Shown here one piece after another: positions 39,767 to 45,058 of a stretch of DNA of 45,058 nucleotides. Position numbers and translations under genes: made by a program. Position 1 is the stretch's first letter, and each line of letters opens with the position of its first letter. Source of the stretch: Promethearchaeota archaeon. GTDB taxonomy: Archaea; Asgardarchaeota; Hermodarchaeia; Hermodarchaeales; Hermodarchaeaceae. The DNA lies in contig JBHLMG010000017.1 of assembly GCA_048938385.1 (NCBI GenBank), forward strand, positions 1 through 45,058. The letters are read 5' to 3'. The notes below the pieces were generated by a model. The model had not been told where the DNA came from, ran no database searches, and worked only from the letters and a program-made list of their open reading frames with translations.

Positions 39767-40720
39767 TTACTCACTTGAGAGGTCTAGCATCTGATGTAAT
39801 CGCGTCTCATTTGGTGCAGGAAATATCCGCATCGCATGATAAATGAGCGTTTCCACTGACTGCACCATGGGGAGTTCTTTCACTGCCTCGGAAATCTCTT
39901 CAACGGTCCGTAAATCGGTAACCACTAGTTTGTTCCAAACTTCTGGTTCCTCTAAGGGCCAATGGGAATGCCAATGCTCGAGGGGATACCGTTCCTTGAA
40001 CCACTCCACAATTTCGAGAGGCCCCCCTTGACCGGGATTATATCCGACTTTGACGATACAATCAAAATCTTCGCCAGCCCCAAGAACCATACGGTGTGTA
40101 AAGTGAATATTTCCGCTGGTTTGAAGCTCTTTAAGCACGCTTCGTACGCGCTTGGGCGTTAATTTGGACTGTCGGGCAATCTCTACGACGGGCATCCGAG
40201 CATCGTCAACCAGACAGCGTAACACCTGTTTTTGGAGCTTGGTAAAGGTCAGCGCTTGACTATCAGTGGCAGGTACACATGGCTTCTGCCCTAGCGAGGT
40301 TATCGCACCACTTGCCACATGGTATCGGTTTATTTCTACCTGAGTGACATGGTCGATTCCGCGAAGTGTGCGTTCGAGGTCGAGCAGCTCTTCCACCCCT
40401 GACACCTGCGCTACACTAACATAGCGTCCTTCGATAATATTGACAACATGAGTAAGTTGTCGGGTGTCACCTAACTGTTGTATGAGTGCCACTTTGTTCT
40501 CGTTCCCATCGGTGGAAAGCGTGATAGCTAACTGCGTTAGCCCATATCTGGTGCAACATAACGCGACAGTGAATCGCACGATTACCCCCGACTCGAGGAG
40601 CTTGTCAACCCGTTTCTTGATCGCATTCACCGTCAGCCCCAGCTTCCGGGCTAAGGTCTGATACGATTGCCGACAGTTCAATGACAACTCAGCCAGCAGC
40701 CGTTTGTCAGTCATATCCAA
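39767..40720 (-). CDS. double Lrp/AsnC winged-helix regulator
   Basis: LDMTDKRLL.EL..NCRQSY..LA..LGLTVNAIKKRV; VLRCLVDDARMP. Confidence 0.85.
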   Translation of the reverse strand: MDMTDKRLLAELSLNCRQSYQTLARKLGLTVNAIKKRVDKLLESGVIVRFTVALCCTRYGLTQLAITLSTDGNENKVALIQQLGDTRQLTHVVNIIEGRYVSVAQVSGVEELLDLERTLRGIDHVTQVEINRYHVASGAITSLGQKPCVPATDSQALTFTKLQKQVLRCLVDDARMPVVEIARQSKLTPKRVRSVLKELQTSGNIHFTHRMVLGAGEDFDCIVKVGYNPGQGGPLEIVEWFKERYPLEHWHSHWPLEEPEVWNKLVVTDLRTVEEISEAVKELPMVQSVETLIYHAMRIFPAPNETRLHQMLDLSSE

Positions 40721-40818
40721 ACCCAAACCACAACACCACAGACGCCACACCTATACCTTCCCCTCCGTAAATACCCCACGGGCAACAGATCTGATTACCA
40801 CACAACTAAAATTAAATG

Positions 40819-40911
40819 AAAAAAAGAAAGGGAGAAACAAGACTTCTGAATGAACACCGTTTACAAATAGCGATAGATGACACCAGCACCCTGCGCCATG
40901 TTTTCTTTTTT
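40819..40911 (-). repeat. actin 3'-end remnant (KKENMAQGAGVIYRYL*) plus decayed hairpin and T-tract
   Basis: stop at 40861-40863. Confidence 0.85.
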
Positions 40912-40912
40912 A

Positions 40913-41377
40913 TCATTCTAACTTGATTGCAGCTTGAGGAGGCTTGAGGACCAAGAATAAGTCCTTTGATGGAGGTTGTTCAAGCTTCATCGAAGCGTTC
41001 CAAACCCCTTCTTCTGCCACAACGGCTAATCCGAAGCCCACCTCACTCAACCTGAGCAGATATTTGAGGTGAACATCCATTTGCCTCAGTATGTTCTGTA
41101 ATTGATGGGTTTTTTCCTCAGACATCTCATTTGCATTCAATTGCGCATTAAGATCAGACACCCAATTTGGAAGAGATACCTCAACTACGAGTTCTACTAA
41201 ACTAAGTGGCTTTATACTGCGAATGAGGAGAATCTGAACCCAGGCGGTTTCATAAACGACGACACTTTGTTCAGTAGAATCCTCTGAAAGAACGGATTTC
41301 ATTGGCTCAGCAACCAACTGTCGATAAACCTTCACCAGATCCGAATACTCCATTCCACACATCACCATGTTCAACAA
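40913..41377 (-). CDS. hypothetical protein
   Basis: open frame; start uncertain. Confidence 0.6.
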   Translation of the reverse strand: MLNMVMCGMEYSDLVKVYRQLVAEPMKSVLSEDSTEQSVVVYETAWVQILLIRSIKPLSLVELVVEVSLPNWVSDLNAQLNANEMSEEKTHQLQNILRQMDVHLKYLLRLSEVGFGLAVVAEEGVWNASMKLEQPPSKDLFLVLKPPQAAIKLE

Positions 41378-41498
41378 TCATGATATAAACATTCAATTCG
41401 TCACTTGGGAACAATGGGAAAAGGGGAAGATGAATACCTTCGAGGAGACCCTAACACTCCAAGAGCCGCCCTTTTGATTTCTAACTAGCATAAACCTG

Positions 41499-41628
41499 GA
41501 TATAATCCTGCGTAACCCCAGAAGGCATTCAAAGTACGAAAACATGCTTCGACAACGCCCTTTTGGAAACCAATCAGGTGGTAAACGGAAATCAGATGAA
41601 TCATTCGAAAGAGTTGACAGGTGTGCAA
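41499..41628 (-). promoter_or_regulatory. 130-bp upstream element, copy 2
   Basis: shares gcgtaacc, caaagtacgaaaac, gcccttt, aaccaatcaggt.gtaaacggaaat, cattcgaa and ggtgtgcaa with 32611-32740. Confidence 0.65.
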
Positions 41629-41704
41629 CGAAGTTTTCTGCGAAATCTCGTGCGGGCGCAAAATCCTTCGAAGTTAAATACGAGATTACTTACAGAAAGG
41701 AACC

Positions 41705-41821
41705 ATGGCATCCTCACGAACCATTTGTGGCGTCATACTCATCATCCTCGTCGCCGCCCTCATCTTATTCTTCGCATACATCAACTACTGGGGAGCGCTG
41801 CGTCCCCACCCCATCCCATGA
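41705..41821 (+). CDS. 38-aa single-TM microprotein (MASSRTICGVILIILVAALILFFAYINYWGALRPHPIP)
   Basis: below the ORF-track cutoff; AAGGA upstream; clean hydrophobic helix. Confidence 0.5.
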   Translation: MASSRTICGVILIILVAALILFFAYINYWGALRPHPIP

Positions 41822-41910
41822 CAGGTACACCCATTAACTAACAGCGACCGCTAGACCACCACAAACTACCCTTCAACCAACAGCACCATCACTCGAACAC
41901 GAAGAGTTGT

Positions 41911-42013
41911 AAAAAACAAAAAAGAGAGGCAAACGCCTCTCACGACACCGAGGATGCTAGAAGCCGTAGTGGATCAGGCCCGCGCCCAGCTCCACATAGT
42001 CTTTCTTTGCCAT
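41911..42013 (-). repeat. actin 3'-end remnant (MAKKDYVELGAGLIHYGF*) plus GAGAGGC/GCCTCTC hairpin and T-tract
   Basis: stop at 41957-41959. Confidence 0.85.
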
Positions 42014-42070
42014 CTGGAACTGCCCAGGTTTTTATCCACGAAACTAGAAGAAACCATGAGGACGAGCAGA

Positions 42071-42493
42071 ATGGCCACCGCTGGATATGCCCAATTTGAA
42101 ATTGAGGGACAGATCAAAGAAATCGTCGAAGCTTTAGAACCGAAGTTTGGTGGGTGCTTCACCCGCTGCTACGAGCACCAAGGACATTGTACCCTCGCCA
42201 TCCTCCTTGGGCAAAAATATTATGTGTTTTGGGGAAACAACGAAGCTGCTGTATCCATCATACTCCGTGACGAAGGATACACCACCTTCATGGAAGTCAT
42301 AGGATTCGCTGGTGGCACCGGCTTACTCCGTCTAGACTACGGGCGTAACAAAAGCATCATCGATGAAGTCGAAATCCACCTCCGAAATACAGGTTTCAAA
42401 CTCACCAGAATTCACTTCAGTGAACTCCCCGAACAGCCCCACCGAAACCACAAAAGCTACACCCGCACTGAACCCCTCACCCTATCCAATTAA
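42071..42493 (+). CDS. hypothetical protein (DUF6054-like)
   Basis: KYY...N.AAVSII....T.....AGG.GLL..D.G pattern; start moved past the repeat. Confidence 0.55.
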   Translation: MATAGYAQFEIEGQIKEIVEALEPKFGGCFTRCYEHQGHCTLAILLGQKYYVFWGNNEAAVSIILRDEGYTTFMEVIGFAGGTGLLRLDYGRNKSIIDEVEIHLRNTGFKLTRIHFSELPEQPHRNHKSYTRTEPLTLSN

Positions 42494-42540
42494 TCGACAA
42501 CGCCATGCAAAAACTCAAACCAAACCATGAGCGATCGATT

Positions 42541-42643
42541 AAAAAGCAACGGGAGGTACACGCTTCCCACACCACTGAGGATGCTAGAAGCCGCGGTGGA
42601 TCATGTCCGCGCCCTACCTGACATAGTCTTTTTTTGCAATCCA
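42541..42643 (-). repeat. actin 3'-end remnant (WIAKKDYVR*GADMIHRGF*) plus hairpin
   Basis: stop at 42584-42586; internal TAG. Confidence 0.85.
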
Positions 42644-42691
42644 CTAGTCCCTGAGCTAGAGTTAAAGCGGAACATTCCAAATTACGAACCC

Positions 42692-43669
42692 ATGTTGGTG
42701 CTAGTAACCGGAGCTTTTGGAAATATCGGGGAAAGTACACTGTTAGCCTTATTTGAGCACAAGCATCAGATTCGATGCTTTGACTTGCACACAAAACAAA
42801 ACGAGAAAACCGCAAAGAGATTGCAAAAGCATGGCGAGTTTGAAACCGTATGGGGCGATGTGCGAGATGTCGATACTACAAAGAACATCGTGGAGGACAT
42901 CGAATGCATCATTCATCTAGCAGCGATCATTCCCCCGCAAAGCGAAACGAACAACGAATTCACCACTGCCGTGAATGTGGGCGGAACATTACGGCTGATA
43001 GAAGTCGCAGAAGCCTTGCCCGTCAAACCAAAATTCATCTTGGCCAGTTCAATCTCTGTTTTTGGACCAACCATGCATCTCCCCCCACCAAGAACAGCGG
43101 ATGACCCCCTTCACCCAACGGACACCTATACCACCACGAAAGTAAAATGCGAAACGGCGCTCCGGGCCAGCGCCCTTCCCTGGACTATCCTCCGCCTGGT
43201 AGCTGTTCCCCCCTTACGAATCAGTGGCGAAATGGACCCGATACTATTCGAAATGCCCCTCGACCAACGCATCGAATTCATCCATACCCGCGATGTCGGC
43301 ACTGCCTTTGCCAACGCCGTAACCGCGAAGACCACGAACAAAGTCCTTCTCATCGGAGGGGGCAAACCCAACCAGATGTATCAACGCGAATTCGTTGCCA
43401 AAATCCTCACCGCCATGGGACTTGGCATGCTTCCCGAGTCCGCCTTTCGCGTTGCAACCAAACCCGACGAATGGTTCTACACTGATTGGGTGGACACCAC
43501 CGAATCCCAACAACTCTTAGAATACCAACACCACACCTACGACCAATACCTCGACGACCTCAAACGCGCAATTGGATTCAAACGCCACCTCGCACGACTC
43601 TTCCGAGGCCTCGCCAAAAAACGCCTCCTCGCCCAATCACCCTACTACCAAAAACCAAGGAATTCCTAA
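42692..43669 (+). CDS. NAD-dependent epimerase/dehydratase (extended SDR)
   Basis: VLVTGAFGNIG, GDV, IHLAA, YTTTK. Confidence 0.9.
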   Translation: MLVLVTGAFGNIGESTLLALFEHKHQIRCFDLHTKQNEKTAKRLQKHGEFETVWGDVRDVDTTKNIVEDIECIIHLAAIIPPQSETNNEFTTAVNVGGTLRLIEVAEALPVKPKFILASSISVFGPTMHLPPPRTADDPLHPTDTYTTTKVKCETALRASALPWTILRLVAVPPLRISGEMDPILFEMPLDQRIEFIHTRDVGTAFANAVTAKTTNKVLLIGGGKPNQMYQREFVAKILTAMGLGMLPESAFRVATKPDEWFYTDWVDTTESQQLLEYQHHTYDQYLDDLKRAIGFKRHLARLFRGLAKKRLLAQSPYYQKPRNS

Positions 43670-43746
43670 CTAGGCTTCAACCACCACCGAAAGCTAATGC
43701 TTCATTGCGCCACACTCGTGCTAATCCCACATCCAGTCAGGATCAG

Positions 43747-43857
43747 AAAAAGAAAGTTGGGAAACAAAACCGCCCAGCCACGAATGAAGACCAACTAGAA
43801 GCAGCGATGGATTACGCTGGCACCCCACCCCATGTACTCCTTCTTCACCGTCCACAC
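43747..43857 (-). repeat. actin 3'-end remnant (VWTVKKEYMGWGASVIHRCF*)
   Basis: stop at 43795-43797. Confidence 0.9.
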
Positions 43858-43888
43858 ACTTATTCCTTCACAAGGAGGATGATTCACT

Positions 43889-44383
43889 ATGTCAATACAG
43901 TCATCTGAAAAAAGAACCAAAACAGAAAGACTTACTCAATTTCTCAATGACGCCTCCAACCGTCTAGAACAGGCAATTGATAACTTACAAGACACGGAAC
44001 TAAATTGGCGTCCATCGCCGAGCAGCAACTCCATTGGCAATCTTCTCAAACACATAGCGGGGGCCGAAACCTTTTGGATTCACCATGTAATCAGCGGAAG
44101 GGAAACCACACGAATTCGCAGCACCGAATTCGAGGTCAAAGAGTTCCATATCGCAGATCTCCGAGAAGAACTCACCGTCGTCAAAAACACGACAACCAAA
44201 CTACTCACGAAGCTAGCCGACAAAGACATAGATAAAACCCGAACCTACTGGTCTCAACTCGCCAATCGGCAAAAGAAAACCACCGTCCACTGGGCTATCT
44301 TACACATCATCGAGCACACAGCCCAACACACAGGTCAAATCTTCTATATCCGAAAAATGTATGCAGACCTCAAACCCCAATAA
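43889..44383 (+). CDS. DinB family protein
   Basis: LNWRP...NSIGNLL.HI.G.E..WI; HIIEH..QH.GQI; AGGAGG RBS. Confidence 0.88.
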   Translation: MSIQSSEKRTKTERLTQFLNDASNRLEQAIDNLQDTELNWRPSPSSNSIGNLLKHIAGAETFWIHHVISGRETTRIRSTEFEVKEFHIADLREELTVVKNTTTKLLTKLADKDIDKTRTYWSQLANRQKKTTVHWAILHIIEHTAQHTGQIFYIRKMYADLKPQ

Positions 44384-44415
44384 CACACAACCCCAGAAAC
44401 ACAATCCAACCCACT

Positions 44416-44520
44416 AAAAAATGAAAAAAGGGAGGTCAGCGCCTCCCACACATCCGAGGATGCTTAGAAACAGCGGTGGATCACGCCCGTACCCTGCGCC
44501 ATGTACGCCTTCTTGGTAAC
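44416..44520 (-). repeat. actin 3'-end remnant (VTKKAYMAQGTGVIHRCF*) plus intact hairpin and T-tract
   Basis: stop at 44464-44466; one of the most consensus-like copies. Confidence 0.92.
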
Positions 44521-44620
44521 CGTTTGCGTACGGTGAAGGTTCGCTGCAGAGTTCGATACGATTTTATGCGACATCAAAACTTGGTACCTCTGAGGATGAC
44601 CCATCTTGCTCGAAGAAAAA

Positions 44621-44845
44621 ATGGCTATTCCCCCCCACACCCATCCCCACCCGCCTCCAGACACGATGGGGCGGTGGCCACGACGGTTACGCCCGTTGCT
44701 CTATGTGATCGTTTTTTTAATCATTTTGATCGCTGTTGCAGTAGTATCGGGGCAGATTTTCTGGGTTGGGGTGCTATTCGTGATCATTTTCGTCACCATA
44801 ATTTTCGGAATTATATGGTCACGGACACACCCAGAGGAAGCTTAA
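44621..44845 (+). CDS. small two-TM membrane protein
   Basis: Pro/His-rich N-terminus followed by two hydrophobic helices. Confidence 0.6.
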   Translation: MAIPPHTHPHPPPDTMGRWPRRLRPLLYVIVFLIILIAVAVVSGQIFWVGVLFVIIFVTIIFGIIWSRTHPEEA

Positions 44846-44870
44846 GCTGAGACGACAGTTCGTAGCACTT

Positions 44871-44903
44871 AAAAAAGAGAAAGAAAGGGAGGCAGCGCCT
44901 CCC
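44871..44903 (-). terminator. GGGAGG/CCTCCC hairpin plus T-tract
   Basis: gggaggcagcgcctccc, nearly identical to the hairpin at 44430-44447. Confidence 0.75.
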
Positions 44904-44917
44904 AAGGATTAAGCCGA

Positions 44918-45058
44918 TTACTTCGGTTGTGTGGGCGATCTGCGCCGCCGATACAGCACACCGATGGTCAGTGCGCTCACAATGCCCACCGCAACGGCAA
45001 CTGCTGGGAATCCCGGAATTGGTGGTGGTGTTCCATCGGTTCCATCGGTTCCATCGGT
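44918..45058 (-). CDS. C-terminus of a surface protein with PGF-type sorting signal (partial, runs off the window)
   Basis: TDGTDGTDGTPPPIPGFPAVAVAVGIVSALTIGVLYRRRRSPTQPK*; paralogous tail to 31745-32533. Confidence 0.85.
   Translation of the reverse strand, partial: TDGTDGTDGTPPPIPGFPAVAVAVGIVSALTIGVLYRRRRSPTQPK

Noticed and set aside
41544-41841. ORF-track frames 41544..41837 and 41563..41841
   Set aside because: They run through the duplicated non-coding module and are out of frame with the more plausible 38-aa membrane ORF.
41954-42691. Shared N-terminal peptide MLEAVVDQARA / MLEAAVDHVRA in ORF-track proteins 41954 and 42527 (similar extensions at 29741 and 33962)
   Set aside because: This is the antisense reading of the actin repeat; the true starts are downstream (42071, 42692, 29855, 34076).
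23996-44520. CRISPR array or classical integron attC interpretation of the repeats
   Set aside because: Spacing is 0.5-3.4 kb with whole genes in between and no cas genes. The repeats lack the RYYYAAC/GTTRRRY attC ends and carry a protein-coding (actin) signature instead.
23996-44520. Repeats as expressed actin-tail micropeptides
   Set aside because: Most lack an in-frame start, and several have internal stops (27986, 34635, 42614) or have lost the stop codon. Only the 41957 copy forms a clean ATG-to-stop ORF.
44464-44664. 66-aa minus-strand ORF with WVWGGIAIFSS resembling actin [10 protein letters not shown]
   Set aside because: The spacing to the tail is about 25 residues too long, and the segment is antisense to the Pro/His-rich start of the 44621 gene; likely chance.
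1-45058. Diversity-generating retroelement as the cause of the skew and repeats
   Set aside because: No reverse transcriptase and no TR/VR pair differing only at adenines.
1-45058. tRNA, rRNA, transposase or catalytic integrase genes; the many antisense or nested ORFs in the track
   Set aside because: None recognisable; the nested ORFs are shadows of better-supported genes.

Overview
This is a 45-kb archaeal window, most likely from an Asgard archaeon. That assignment is inferred from actin C-terminus remnants, expanded double Lrp/AsnC regulators, IPGF-type C-terminal sorting signals, crenarchaeal-type single-OB SSBs and a PAC2 chaperone. The left ~22 kb is ordinary housekeeping, redox and metabolic content: PAC2, Hsp20, NUDIX, a DUF134/NifX/ferredoxin-ATPase operon, acyl-CoA dehydrogenase, ferredoxins, peroxiredoxin, dihydropyrimidinase and an M20 peptidase, plus two inverted SSB paralogues. 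The right ~21 kb (about 24.0-45.0 kb) is a mosaic of unrelated 1-3-gene units. These are separated by at least 16 same-orientation (minus-strand) degenerate copies of a roughly 40-110 bp element. Translated, the element gives a consensus close to W-[IV]-T-K-K-E-Y-[ML]-E-Q-G-A-G-V-I-H-R-C-F-stop, which is the actin C-terminus (eukaryotic [20 protein letters not shown]), often followed by a GGGAGG..CCTCCC hairpin and T-tract. The best interpretation is an additive, integron-like gene-capture island that uses the 3' end of the actin gene as its attachment site. The intact actin gene is predicted to lie to the right of the window, and no catalytic integrase is visible here. A sawtooth strand-composition skew tracks the repeats. 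All family calls are from motif recognition only; no database searches were run.
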